DNA of 64,000 nucleotides from Eledone cirrhosa. Taxonomy: Eukaryota. The stretch covers positions 305,722,001-305,786,000 of the forward strand of contig OZ024741.1 in NCBI GenBank assembly GCA_964016885.1, read 5' to 3'. Positions 39,578-52,605 of the stretch are shown one piece after another. Within the stretch, counting starts at the first letter, position 1; each line of letters opens with the position of its first letter. The notes beneath the pieces are model-generated. The model was not told the DNA's origin, did no database searches, and saw only the letters and a program-made list of their open reading frames with translations. The position numbers and the translations under genes were made by a program.

Positions 39578-41517
39578 AGGATCAGCAATGTGCCTCTCTG
39601 AGGTCTGTATCATAGGTGGCTGCCCTAGTTGGCCTTAATGATAGCACTGGTTCTGCTAATTGTCAGAACTGTCAATGTCCATTTACTTTTTACCTAAGCA
39701 ATAACAATCAAGTGTTGACATAAGAAGTATTGAAGTCTTTAGTACATAAAAACCAAACAAACTACCATTAAGTCAGGGAATGAAGGGGAGAGAGAAAGAG
39801 GTGGAAGTGGCTCCATAAACAACAAATTTTACTCTGTTTTCAAATATTTTGACTAATATACTATCTTAAATGTCTAATATAACCCCAAATCAATATTACA
39901 GAGGGTGTATTCAGTTTGAATAGTTTCAACAATATCAACAACTTTAATAACAATAGCAGCAGCTATGACGACAGTAACAAGACGAGGCACACACACATCA
40001 ACAGCAACAGCCAGCTTATTTAGTCCCATGTTTTAGTGGCATTGGATGTCAACAGAAATGGTACAGAGAGGATGAATGTTAGGCATTAACAAATTTTCCT
40101 TTCAGCTAGAATATGTACTATAGAAAATGACCCAGATTTCTACTGTTGTAGGTGGTACATAGCCTAATAGTTAGAGTGTTGGGCTTATGATCATGAGATC
40201 ATGAGTTTGACTCTTGGATCAGGCAGTGGGTTGTATCCTTGAATAAGACACTTCATTTTATGTTGCTCCAATTCATTCAGCAGAAAAACAAATTAGTATG
40301 AGCAGTAGCTGGGGTTAACTCTGTGAAAGACTCGCATCCAATCCACTGGGAAAAGTCTTGTACCCTCAGTCACTTAAAACAAATTAACCCAGTTTAAGTT
40401 TTGACCAGATGAGCTACTGAACTTAGGATAGACATTAACTTTTTTTTAAGGTAGCAGATACATTATGCATTTGATGGCTGTATATTTTTCATACATGTGG
40501 AGGTACATGGCCTAGCGGTAAGGGTGTTGGCCTTGTGATCATATTGTGGTGAGTTCGATCCCTGGGCTAGGTTGTGTGTTGTGTTCTTGAGCAAAAAAGA
40601 GTGTGTTGACCCACAGCTTTTAGCCACTGATTTCTGTCCTTTGAGGTAATTTTTACTCGACGCTGTCATTACAGCTTTTTGCTGTTTTAACAGCTATTCT
40701 TGCGTTGAGCTTTTCTCTTTATTCTATGATTCTAATAATGGTTTCTGATTTAGGCACAAGGCCAATACTTTTAGGGAAAGTCAATTAAATCAACCTTGGT
40801 GTATTACTGGTACTTTATTTCATCAAACTCGTAAGGATGGAAGGCAAAGCTAACATCGGTGGGATTTTAACTCAAGGATTGAAATATTGGTGAAGGAAAC
40901 TGTCAATTTATTAAAGAATATATATATTTATACAATAAATGTTCTCAATCTTTTGTAGTTCAGCAATTCCCTTTCATCGAACAGCATTTTACAAATGACC
41001 CCCACTCCCTCAAAAAAATTTCCCCATAACAAAGGGGTTCTTCAGTTGTATCAAGGGCATGCAAATCTCTCTAGTGGTGGTGCTACAATAAAATGAACCT
41101 AGTGCACTTTGTAAAGTAGTCAGTGTCAGAAAAGACATCCAGCTGTAGAAGCCATGCCAGAACTGTAATGTATATAACAGGACAGCACCCCCACCCCACT
41201 ATCCATACCTTTTAGGACGACAATAAAAGGAGTCGATCGACTTTCGTCAAATCTGAACGAGGAAACAATGTTTCGATTGGTCTTTCTAATTGCTAATACT
41301 ATCTATCGGTCGCAACTCCAGGTAGAAGGAGCAACATGAAATAAAGTGTCTTGCCCAAGGACATAACACATCGCCCGGTCCGGGAATCGAACATAGTTCC
41401 AATTAAATACTGACTTGGTCTGAAACAACCTGTCTGACCTATGCCAATATAGAAAAACAGATGTAAAATGAGGATAATGATGATGATGATCTAAAGACAT
41501 CTCATGTTTCTACTCAC

Positions 41518-41619
41518 CAAAGATATATGACACCTTTTCAGGATCACGTTTTTCCAGTTGAATTAAATGGCTATGCAATTTTTCAATAATTTTCTTCATT
41601 TCAATTTCATCCACATCAT
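41518..41619 (-). CDS. CFAP92: CFAP92-like exon (YDVDEIEMKKIIEKLHSHLIQLEKRDPEKVSYIF)
   Basis: ttctttcag acceptor, G|gtgagt donor, open frame, phase 1/1 consistent with neighbours. Confidence 0.7.
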
Positions 41620-42649
41620 CTGAAAGAACATTCTTAATTTATACACCAATAGTTCTCAAACATTTGTAACTCAGTGCCCCTTCCTCCCTTTCACCAAAAT
41701 AAAACCAAAAAACAAATAGTAGATTATTTTAATTGTCAACGTTTGCTCCCTTCTGAACCCTCTTTGGAGTCTCAGGTTATGTAATCTTTATGCATCCATC
41801 CCACACCTCCCAGGTCAGGTCGCAAGCCCATTGCCAGTTTTTGCGGCATGAATTAGAGTCTGCAATATATTAACTGGATCAGTTGGAGACAGTTGCTTCT
41901 GACAGGATTCAGCCCCCACGATCCTCTCAGAAATAAGTGGGTGAAGAAGAAGAGAAGACAAAGATTATTTTAATAAAAAAGAATCTAATTTTGTGCAGTG
42001 GTTTGTTATCCATAATTTCTTATTCTATTAATACTGTATGTAACCTGTTTAGAATAGGTACACCATGTCCCTGTGTGTTATAAAAAGGCCCACTAAAAAG
42101 ATTGGTACTAAGAAAGGATTCTGGTTGTAAAACATTACCTCAGAAAGGACACCATGATATATATGAAGCCTTTTATGGCATCCACAAAACTAACCCCTAC
42201 ATTAGCTGGGAAAAAAACCGAAGACACTGGTTTTTTTTATACTAGCCAATGCAACATACTTCTTTTTTTTAGATATTTGTATAGACAAATATCACCTATA
42301 AGAAATTTATATGAAAATGACTAAAGGTGAGGATTTCTATTATGGAATTATATCTAAATTTATATTATTGGCATACATAAATAATTACGTTTAGAACAAA
42401 AATAACACAACAAACATTTTAAGGCCATCTTCCCTACTAAACCAAAGGTTAGTCTTGTGGGCCTCATAACAAACTTTTCCATTTGCTTTTATTGTCTGCT
42501 TCCCCTCACCAATCCCCTGACTTTCATCCCCTCCTCCATCATTTAAGCCTTGTCTTTCTTGGTCTTCTACTTCCTTCCACATTCATTTCCATCAATCCTC
42601 TCACCCAGTTACTTTCATCCTTCCCCAACACATGATGAATATAATAAAA

Positions 42650-42810
42650 TAATTGTTTCTACTTTTGGCACAAGGCCAGGAATTATCCAGTGCGCATTAC
42701 TGGTACTTTATTTTATTGACCCCGTAAGGATGAAGGGCAAAGTTAACCTCGACAGGATTTGAACTCAGATTGGAAAGGGCCGTAACTCTATGCGTCTGAC
42801 CCTCTAATGA
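42650..42810 (-). mobile_element. tRNA-derived SINE
   Basis: Reverse complement of the SINE at 13731. Confidence 0.8.
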
Positions 42811-43979
42811 CACTTAGAACAAAAAATGAAATTACAATTTAAAATTTTGATATAATACTAAACATCCAATGAACTCTTATAAGTACTCCCCTCCACAGTT
42901 GCCACCTTCTTTTGAGTTCACAACACCACTAAGAGGTACTACCACAAAGGTTAATGGCCAAAAATACTAAACAGAAATCTTAAAAATGCATATCTTTATT
43001 GTTAAAATCTTTGATTACCATATTCCTAATGAAAGACTTTTGGGTCTCAAATAATAGTGAGAGGGGAGGAGGGGGATAAGCGGGGAGTTTGGAAAATCGG
43101 TAATCTTTTAGGTTGTCCTCCTTGATTTCTTTTTAAAAACAAGAATTGGTCATTTAGTTTACATATTGAGACTCTAATGCATCCTATTTATTTTATAATG
43201 TATGGGATTTCTAGTAATGAACTTTTTTGTCATATATAATGTTTTTTAATGCATAAAGAAAATTAATCATCACAAGAATGTTAACACTTATAATAAAATT
43301 TCACTGGAGATAGATTAGCAAAATTTAATAAGCATGAAGACGCTGAGTATATGATTTTCAAATAATTTTGAACATCATTAAGAATTTCAAGGGATTTAGA
43401 AATAATTTTGGCATTATTCAGCTAGTGTTTGGAAGAGGACTTAACAAAGTTTCTTACATAGAATTATGATGGAAAGTTTTTAGATAAATATAAACATATA
43501 TAAACAAATAGTTTTGTATTGAAGCCAAAGGCCAGTTTCAGGTAATTTGATAACAGTGTTAATAACATAAGACAACAAAGCTATCTATTTAAATATATGA
43601 TGCTGGGCCTACAAGCTCCACACATCAGACCAAGCATCCTCTTTGTAGAATTTGAACACAGAATGCAAGGAGTCAGAACAAATATTGTAAGGCCATCAAT
43701 TCAATACACTTGGGTGGTATGCTTAATTTTAGCGTCATAGACTTAATCAATCACCCAGTTTAACATTAGTGCTTGGTCCTTGGGTACCTTTAGCAGAGTA
43801 CACTCAGTTACAAGCATTCAAAGCAGGTTTCCAGTTTGAAGATACCTTCCACCCTCCTACCCACCAGTGTTGGAAGTTCTGAAAATTGTCAGTTACGGGT
43901 ACTGCTCTTCCTTCTCTGACTAAATAGTAAGGAAGAATGAAACAACTTTACATCAAAGATCAAACAAGGAAGTACTCAC

Positions 43980-44107
43980 ACTTAAAAGTACGTGACTTAT
44001 CAAATTTTGTGCGACCCATCATTTTCTCTCTTTGATTCCACAAAGTGAACTCAATGTTGTGACCAATCATGCTTAACAAGAGGTTGTCTGTAATTTTGAT
44101 TGGGATC
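43980..44107 (-). CDS. CFAP92: CFAP92-like exon, DUF4550 domain part 2
   Basis: Acceptor ttaatag, donor T|gtgagt, phase 2 in and phase 1 out. IPIKITDNLLLSMIGHNIEFTLWNQREKMMGRTKFDKSRTFK resembles the DUF4550 C-terminus. Confidence 0.8.
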
Positions 44108-44359
44108 CTATTAAAAATTAATAATAACATTTCATAATTTAGTAGATTCCCATAAACCAGTATCATCGGTACTTAGGCTATAAGTTATGAAATCCAATTG
44201 CTGTATTTAACTATATCTTTATTTCATTTATTAATAATATTACAAATTGTTTAAAATTCTTACAGGATGAAAATATAAACACATAATATATACAATTAAT
44301 TATTGCTAGGAACCTCACAAATATAATACACAAAAATATGTGTTCAAAGCAAGAGAAAA

Positions 44360-44665
44360 AGAAAAGGAAAGAAAACAAACAAACAAAAACAACCAACAAT
44401 TCACTATCAAGTGTGGCAATTGGCCATACACCACAGGAGTTAATGGAAAATTTTGAGGCAAGCCAACATGCTTGCAAGATTACTGCGGGTGATGGCGAGG
44501 CTAAAGCGCTGTAACAACCAGGCACCCTCATGGGCATCACCTGACACCTCGGTAAGGTAAGCCACCAACAATGACAAAAACTTCGCTGTCAGTGGCCCAG
44601 CTCCATCAAACATCTCAAATTCTACAGGCTGGAAAAAATAGTTAATTGATAGTTTCCGGTATTGC
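44360..44665 (-). mobile_element. 3' fragment of a CRE-like (restriction-like endonuclease) non-LTR retrotransposon
   Basis: Manual translation 44664->44440: QYRKLSINYFFQPVEFEMFDGAGPLTAKFLSLL...SGDAHEGAWLLQRFSLAITRSNLASML, matching the F.P...E..G..G......L...QR.S.A..R.N pattern; followed by a (TTTG)n-like tail. Confidence 0.65.
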
Positions 44666-46211
44666 TGTATTATAGTACATTTTACTAGCTTTCATCACTA
44701 ACACTATCATTTGACTGCAGTAGCAGAAGGCAACATTCCTTCTTTACCCATTGCAGCTTTCATAATCAGTAGTGGTCCTGTGGTTAGGTGATTAGCCTTG
44801 GCCATTGGTAAGATTATAATCCTTAAATAGAATTTGAATTCAGAACGCAAAGTATTGAAACCGATCCTACAAAGCATCTTGACCAATGCTCTAACAATTC
44901 CGTCTCTAGACCGATATTTTATTTTATCAGCTCCAAATGGATGAAAACAAAGTTGAACTCAGAGTGCAGAGGGTCAGGATAAATGGCACAAGATATATCT
45001 GATGCTTTAACGACTCTTCTAATTTGTCACCTTACTAGCTTTACTTATATAATATGTTGCAATAAATGTTAGTTATTCAGTTCATTATTGTTAATCTATC
45101 ATTTTCTTAGGCTTGCATAGGGTGGTGAAAGCCTGGAGCTTATCTTGATATCATAGGTGTTAAATGACTGAGAGTACAAGACTTCCACCAGAATGGAAAT
45201 TGAACTCATGACTTTATGATCATGAACTCAGCATCCTAACCATTAGGCTACAGGCCTTCACAGTATTTATAGATAAGTAATGTTCTATGAGAAGACCATG
45301 GAAAACTTCAGTTCCAAATATTTTTTCAATATTTGATCTTCATTGGTTTCAATGGTTAGAATTTCATTTGTTTGATCAATGGATCAGCCATTGCAGATAC
45401 ACATGTATCTTAATGTAATTTTCAGAAATATTCAGCATAACACAGCGTGTGGCAAGGCTGGCTTTGTGTTACAAGTACAGTCCATCTGACAGGCTGCCAA
45501 ACAGTTTCCATCTTAACCCACAATACCTGAAATGATCTAAGTCTATGGTAAATGAAATTTGATCAACATGTTATGCAGTGGGATTAGATTCAGAATATTA
45601 TGCCTGCAAAGCAAATTTCTTAACCATAGTTTCATATAGAGATTTTTAAAAATGGTTACATTGGAACGTTTATGAAGCTGCTTTTTTCAAACCAATGATA
45701 GTGTTTGAATTTATTCCTATAATTTGATGAAAATTATCTTCAATTATATGGTACCTGTGCATCTATGTTAACAATGCAACATGAATTGGATCACTCAATA
45801 TGAGATTTATTTCAGAGACAGTTCAATATCAGTGATAAGATACAAACTGTTCATTCTTTGTATGTCCACATTTTATTAACTTGTGTAGCTATGAAACTTC
45901 CAGTTTTTTTTTACCAATATACAGAATTATAAAAAGTCTTGGTTTTCTCCTACTTTTCATTACTTCACATTGTGATCATGCTAATCATTTTAGTCAATTA
46001 GATTTCTTATAATCATAAATGACTGAAATATGTTTAGATGCTTTCTAAAGAGAGTATGTAAAGTTGCTTTCATTGTTAAATGTAATTCATAGTCACTCTT
46101 TTTAACCCTTTCATTACCATCTATAATATATTAAAGGGAGGAGTGCGAGACAGCGTCCGTTTTATAATTTTTTTATCCCGTTAGTAAAATAAGTTGGATT
46201 ACTTTAAATAA

Positions 46212-46400
46212 ATAATTGTTTCTATTTTTGGCACAAGGCCAGCAATTACCCAGTACATTACTAGTACTTTATTTTATCGATCCCGTAAGGATGAAAGGCA
46301 AAGTTAACCTCGGCGGGATTTGAACTCAGATCATAAAGGGACGTAACTCTATGCTTCAAAGCATGGTGTCCGACTCTCTACCGATACTGCCAATCCACAA
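46212..46400 (-). mobile_element. Young tRNA-derived SINE
   Basis: Near-identical reverse complement of 13731-13921. Confidence 0.88.
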
Positions 46401-46686
46401 TGAATGAATATTATGTAATTTATCTAAGTTTCGTAGCTCTTGATTAAACATAAATATTCTTATATATAAACTATTGCTTATTTTAAGGTTCACTTCTTTA
46501 AAATTTTCAAATGTCAACACTTCCGGTTATTGGCAGTATCGGTAGAGAGTCGGACGCCATGCTTTCCAGCATAGTTATAATACAGTCATAATTTCATTTA
46601 TAACCATTCAAATTACATTTCAGCACATCAGTCATACTCAGAACAACTCTCTCCATCCCTTTTTCTTGACCATTATCTTTTGTTTT

Positions 46687-46862
46687 GGCAGTATCGGTAA
46701 AGGGTCGGACGCCATGCTTTGCAGCATATTTACGTCCCTTTACGGTCTGAGTTCAAATCCCGCCGAGGTTCACTTTGCCTTTCATCCTTACGGGATCGAT
46801 AAAATAAAGTACCAGTAATGTACTGGGTAATTGCTGGCCTTGTGCCAAAAGTAGAAACAATT
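46687..46862 (+). mobile_element. Young tRNA-derived SINE, inverted relative to the 46212 copy
   Basis: Same family sequence. Confidence 0.88.
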
Positions 46863-47602
46863 ATATTATAACACTTATTACATCGCTTATATAAACTTTC
46901 ATATATTTCCATCATTATATAAGGTTTATTTAGGTCACTAATTTTCTACTTTTTTGTTTTCATAACATTTTAGTTTATTATATATGCAGCATATATATAA
47001 TATCGATTTTTTTAAAAATGTACCATGGATTACTTTACTGATTACAGAAGAGAGTGTAACACAGACTTCGTTCAATTTCTGTGCATATTGTCAATTACGA
47101 TTTCATTTGACGTATCATATCTACATGCATATATATTTGCTTATAATATCAATATGCACACTACACATGCTAGCAGAAAACCACCCGAAGGGTAGTTTTT
47201 CTGCTAGTATTGTTAATGAAAGACAGACACTGATTAAGATTTTCAAATCATTTTCAAATAATCAAGAATTTAGAGAGATTTAGTTATATAACTAAATTTC
47301 TCATTATTTAGCTGTGGTTTGAATCATAACTTAAGAAAGGTTCTTACATAAAATTATTTTTATCTAAAAGATTTTTAGATAACTATAAACACTTTAAAAC
47401 AAACAGTTTTGTAACATATAACCAGGAGCAGTTTCAGATGGTTTGTTATGAAAAGGGTTAAGCAATATGTCTCAATATAAATCTATCACCCTACCTAACC
47501 ATAAAGCTCTTAATTTTTAATATCATGTAATAATTTAGCAAAAAATATCAATAAATGGGAAAACTGGTTTGTTCCTTCAAATATCTATAGTCTTTATACT
47601 AA

Positions 47603-47861
47603 TGGTTGTTGTGAAAATTTGCAGTATTAGTCTAATGGTTTTAGTTTTTAATGCGATGCAGTCATAGTGTTGTTTTGATCTTTCAAGAATGTCTTGCTAA
47701 TGTGGTTTCCTGTGGTTTGTTAATTCAAATATTTATAATATCTCTACTAGTGGACAGGTTGTTGTAAAAGTTTTCACTATTAGACTAATGACTAATTTTT
47801 AATGTGACACAGGCATAGTTTTGTTTTGCACTTTTCAAGAATGTCTTGCTAATATGGTTTC
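47603..47861. repeat. Diverged direct duplication (~105-bp cores, ~154-bp period)
   Basis: ggttgttgt...tcaagaatgtcttgctaat.tggtttc occurs twice. Confidence 0.7.
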
Positions 47862-48861
47862 ATGCAGTACAAGATGTTAAGATTTAATATATAAAGAACA
47901 GAAATATGATGTGAAGACACTCATCATTTTCACAGTAAGGTGCATGTGAAGTAGTTTCAAATGGTTATTCAGTGGGTTGTGGCTTCAATTCACTTTGGAT
48001 TTATAGTCACACCAATGTGTCTGTAAAACTAAATAATTGTTTCTAATTTAGGCACAAGGCCAGTAATATAGGGGAAGAGGAAAGTTGGTTATATCAACCC
48101 AGTAATTCACTAATACTTTATTTTATCAACATTGACAGAATAAGAGGCTAAGTTAACCTCAACTGAAATTGAACTCAGAACGTAAAGAGCCTGAACAAAT
48201 ACTACTATGTGTTTGTACGACGATCTAATGCTTCTGCCAACCTACCGTTAAAACTAAAAACCCGAAATAAGATAACTAATTTGATATAACATGCAGTGTA
48301 ATATAAGATGTCAAGGTATTTAGTGCTCTAGGCTAGATCTACAATGTATGCACTTTCTCTCAGTTATGAACCCCTCTCTCCCAGTCATGTGCCTCATTCT
48401 TCCAAATATAGTAATATCTACTTACAGTTTCACACTAGTTTTTGATACTTCTTTCTTTGACGACACTAAGAAAATCACTAATCTACCATCTTCCATTACA
48501 CAGGCTACACTCACCTACACCAAATCATGGGACAGGCCATAAAATCATATGACCCTCTTCCCTGCTTTGAATATTTACACAACTCAGCCACACAACAAGG
48601 ATATTTAGCAATTTATTTATTGATTGTAGGAAATTCGCCCAGCCCACACTGTAAAGTGGTTGTGTAGGTGTCACAACAAAAAGCACCCATTCCACACAGT
48701 AAAATGGTTGTGTAGGTGACACAACAAAAAGCAACCAGCCTACACTGTAAAGTGGTCATGTAGGTGTTACAACAAAAAGTACTCAGCCCACACTTTAGAG
48801 TGGTTGTGTAGGTGTCACAACAAAAAGCACCCAACCCACATTGTAAAGTGATTGTGTAAGT

Positions 48862-51800
48862 TGTGGTTAGAAAAAGCTATCTCACTTACCACTTTTCATA
48901 GGCGCCGCTAAATCCCACTGCTGGTTTCTCCTCTTCCACGTGCGTCCAACTCCTTAACATTGGGAGCTGCCAAAACTCGCGTCCACACCGTTGCTGGTCA
49001 CCACTAGAGAGAGACCCATCTGCTGGCCCTTCTGGTCGAGCATCCTTCCGGCCAAGCACCTTTCCGGTCGAGCACTCCCCCACTTCCGGCCACCGCACGC
49101 CACACCATACCCACACGCCCCCCTGATCTCAAGGATCAATTTCCCCCTCGTCCTTCTGCATATGAAAGTCTGCTGTCCAGGTTGGTGGTTTACGACTTCT
49201 TTGCGATCTCCGCAGTGTTGGGGCAGCACTTTGGGTTTCCTCTTCCTCGGAGTCCATTGACACAGTGATTCTACGGACATCCAGGACATGACGTGGTACT
49301 CCGTCCACGGACACATTGTTCTGGGAATTTACGGCCGTCACCATTCCCCTTCCCCATTGAGATGTGCAATGTACATCTGGGGGCTTAACCCAGACTTCTT
49401 CGCCCACCTGCACGAATGCACTCTCTCTCCCCACTGGCCGTTGTGGTGGCGTGCACGGGTGCCGCCACTCGTATCTGAATACTGCTCTGTGTGGCACCGA
49501 TTCCTTGACCTGTCCCACTCGAGGGGACATGTACCAGAACACTGCCTCCATTGGTGAGATATGGCCCCGCTCCGCCATTGCCTTGATCATCTGGTAGTGT
49601 CGCTCCACAATTCCATTCCTGCTCGACCTGTGCGCTGCTCTGAAGAAACGGTCCACCTTCCATCCATCGAGCATCTCTCTCAGCGCCTCCGAGCGGAACG
49701 CTGCGCTGTTGTCCATCAGCAGTTCGTTCGCAGGGCCCCGCTCCAAGAACAGCTCTCTCAATGTCCGCATGATTTCCTCGGCCGTTCCAGTCTTCATCTC
49801 CCTCCATATCGCCATCCGTCCTGGTCCACAGTCGACCATCGAGAGGTACGTTCCCTGTCGGTAGTGCGTTACATCCACCGCCAATCGCTTCCAGCCGCGA
49901 TCCACCGGGAGGCTTCCCGTTTCGTGCACACTCGGGGCGGGATCAATGGACTGACATCGGACGCAGCCTCTAACCACTCTTTGAACACTGTGTCTGTTAA
50001 CGTCCAAGTCAATTCTCCTGGCTAGTGACAGGCTCCTATCCACTCCCATGTGGTGCATATCATGCAACCCTTTCAGATCCGACTCGGTCAGCCAACACAC
50101 GGCAGCTATCTCATCTTCTACCTCCTCCGGCGTTTCCATCCAGGCTTTCTTCACCCTAGTTAAGATGTCCGCCCTATTTTTCTCTGAGGGCATGAAAACT
50201 ACGCTCAGCCTCAGGTCAAACTCGGTGGCGAGCTCTCCTAAAGTTCCCGAGCCTGGTCAGGCAATATGTCCGGCCCTTATACCTGACCAGCTGATACTGC
50301 CAGAGCTTCTCATCTATATGCAATTGCAAGTATGCCGACTTTAGATCTACGATTGCTGAACCCCCCGTCATGCGTCTCCACTCACGCAGGGTTTCCCCAC
50401 AGACATCCGTGACCTCGCCACCCGTGTGGCATGACACGTGCTCATTCAGCTCCCGAAAGTCCAGCACCGGCCTCACCTTGTTCTTCGTGGGTTGCGCCAC
50501 CGCCATTAACGGCAATACTCCGCACTTCACCTCCTCTTTCCTGCACAGTGTAAGCGGGGTATTTCTCCTCGTGGGCCTTCTGGTTCTCCTGTCGTGCACT
50601 CACAGCGCATACCGATGCAGCGGCGCCAAACGACACACCGACGTTGTTCACTGTGACGCCTCCTAGACGGCCAATTGCGTCCATGCCCATAACCACGCCG
50701 ATCACATCGACCACGCTGTCTACTACGATGGCAGAAAGCCTGATTTTCCTTCCCCGTATCGCTATTTCCATCTCGCTGCGACCTCGGCATTCAATTTTCC
50801 TGCCGTCGATTGCCCTTACGCTGCTCTTCCCTCTCCACCTCTGCGCCACCCCCGCGGTCACCAATGTCCCGTCGTACAGCCCGTGTCCACGAGGGCTCGC
50901 TGTGGCTTTCCCCTCATGAAGACTTCCACCACAGGCAGCGCCTCTACTCGTAAGGGGCAACTACCGGCGCAGTAGTTCCCCTTGGATCGTTTCCCTGGTC
51001 GCAGTTAATAGCGATGTGGCCTGGTCGCTTACACCGGTAGCATATTATTTCCGGCCTTGACTCTCTGCAGTCTCTAGCCATGTGCGGGCCGTGGCACCGA
51101 AAACAGCGACCTCTAAACGTTCGCGGGCGACCGCGTGCCGTGGTTGCTTCCCTTTCACGATTTCGCTGCCAGCTGTCTTGAGCCTCTGTAGTTGCTATCG
51201 CCGCAACACTCTTCTTGGCATCTTCTGCTATGATCCGGGCTTGTTCCACCAGTGAACGCATTTCCATTTCTTTGTAACCCGGGACTTGCTGCAGTTTCAC
51301 CATTATGTCGTCTGGAAATCCATTTATGAACGCCAACCGCACCCTGCGTTCACATTCCACCTGATATCCAGCCAACATGGCCCCTCTGCGAACGCTTCCA
51401 TCATGCGCCTCTCAATCTTTTGCGCATCTCTTTGGCTGTGTTCGTCCAACTCAAGGAAGAGTACCAACGCGTCCCCCTCGAAGTACAGTGCCATGAGGCC
51501 AGCCACATCTTCTATCTTCTGCAAGCTTGTGACCAGCCGGACTTTTCACAGCCAAGCGACATCACCTTCCCCGGTAAATGCCCTGATAGCTTCACTCGTT
51601 CGTAGTCTTGTCACCATCTTCTAATTTGTCTTGCGGCATGTGATAAAAAAAAACAACAGACTCCTCTGTTTTTCCAGTAGCTATTTTTTTTTTTTTTTTT
51701 TTTTCAATCAGATCTGTTTCCAGTGCCGAAATAGCTTGTGGTTAGAAAAAGCTATCTCACTTACCACTTTTCATAGGCACCGCTAAATCCCACTGCTGGT

Positions 51801-51958
51801 TTCTCCTCTTCCATGTACGTCCAACTCCTTAACACCGGGAGTTGCCAAAACTCGCGTCCACACCGTTGCTGGTCACCACTAGAGAGAGACCCATCTGCTG
51901 GCCCTTCCGGTCGAGCACTCCCCTGCTTCCGGCCACCGCACGCTACACCATACCCACA
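48862..51958 (-). mobile_element. Compact, internally deleted Ty3/gypsy-like LTR element 3
   Basis: LTRs 48862-49115 and 51737-51958 (TG...CA), 5-bp TSD TAAGT, PPT gagatcaggggggcg. Gag with two CCHC knuckles, RT N-half (RPVLDFRELN, DLKSAYLQL, YCLTRLG) cut before YxDD, integrase (HHMGV..C..C, VDVTHY, MDNSAAF, NGIVER). Confidence 0.95.
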
Positions 51959-52370
51959 TAAGTGACACAATGAAAAGCACCCTGTCCATACTGTAAAGTG
52001 GTCATGTAGGTGTCCCCAAAAAAGGTGCTAGTCCACACCGTAAAGTGGTTGTGTAGGTGTCAAAACAAAAAGAACCTAGTCCACACTGTAAATGTGGTTG
52101 ATGTAAGGGAGGGCATCCAGCTATAAAAACCAAGCCAGAATCAGTTCTGTATGAGCAAGACATGGTCATCTGACCTGGCTTGTCTAACTATGGGACAGCT
52201 CGTCTAACTCATATTAGCATGCAAAAATGGACATAAAAGGAGGATAAAATTTGTATAAAAGTGATTCATTAAGGTTCAGAATGGGCCCCTCCAGTGACTG
52301 CACCCTAAACATTTGCCTAGTTGGCCTTAATGGTAGCACCAGCCCTGATAACATGATTAATTTAACTTAC

Positions 52371-52605
52371 TTTTGATTCCAGGAAATCCAAGCTACATTG
52401 TTCAAATAGTATATCTTACAGGTTTTCACTTCTGCTTTGTCAATGTAGATACGAGCAAGGCTATCATACACAACAACATCAGTTTGTATCACATCGCTGT
52501 TTGGGAGAAGTTTGAAGTCCACATGAAAGAATGCAGTAGGTTTTGTTGTTAATTCTTGCTTTGAGGGTGCCTTTTTCAAGAGTTGATTTTCAAATTGTCT
52601 TTCGG
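52371..52605 (-). CDS. CFAP92: CFAP92-like exon, DUF4550 domain part 1
   Basis: Acceptor tttatag, donor AA|gtaagt. Peptide FFHVDFKLLPNSDVIQTDVVVYDSLARIYIDKAEVKTCKIYYLNNVAWISWNQK resembles the recalled DUF4550 pattern (yfHieYfLLP...D...f...AKvf......k...w......WvsW). Confidence 0.8.

Larger units (their letters stand above)
46120..47207 (+). mobile_element. Non-autonomous Helitron-like element carrying SINE insertions, nested in a TTAA MITE (46102-47461)
   Basis: Starts A|TCTATAATATA; ends with hairpin ctagcagaaaaccacccgaagggtagtttttctg and CTAG|T. The flanks rejoin into a MITE seen also at 28453-28630. Confidence 0.7.
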
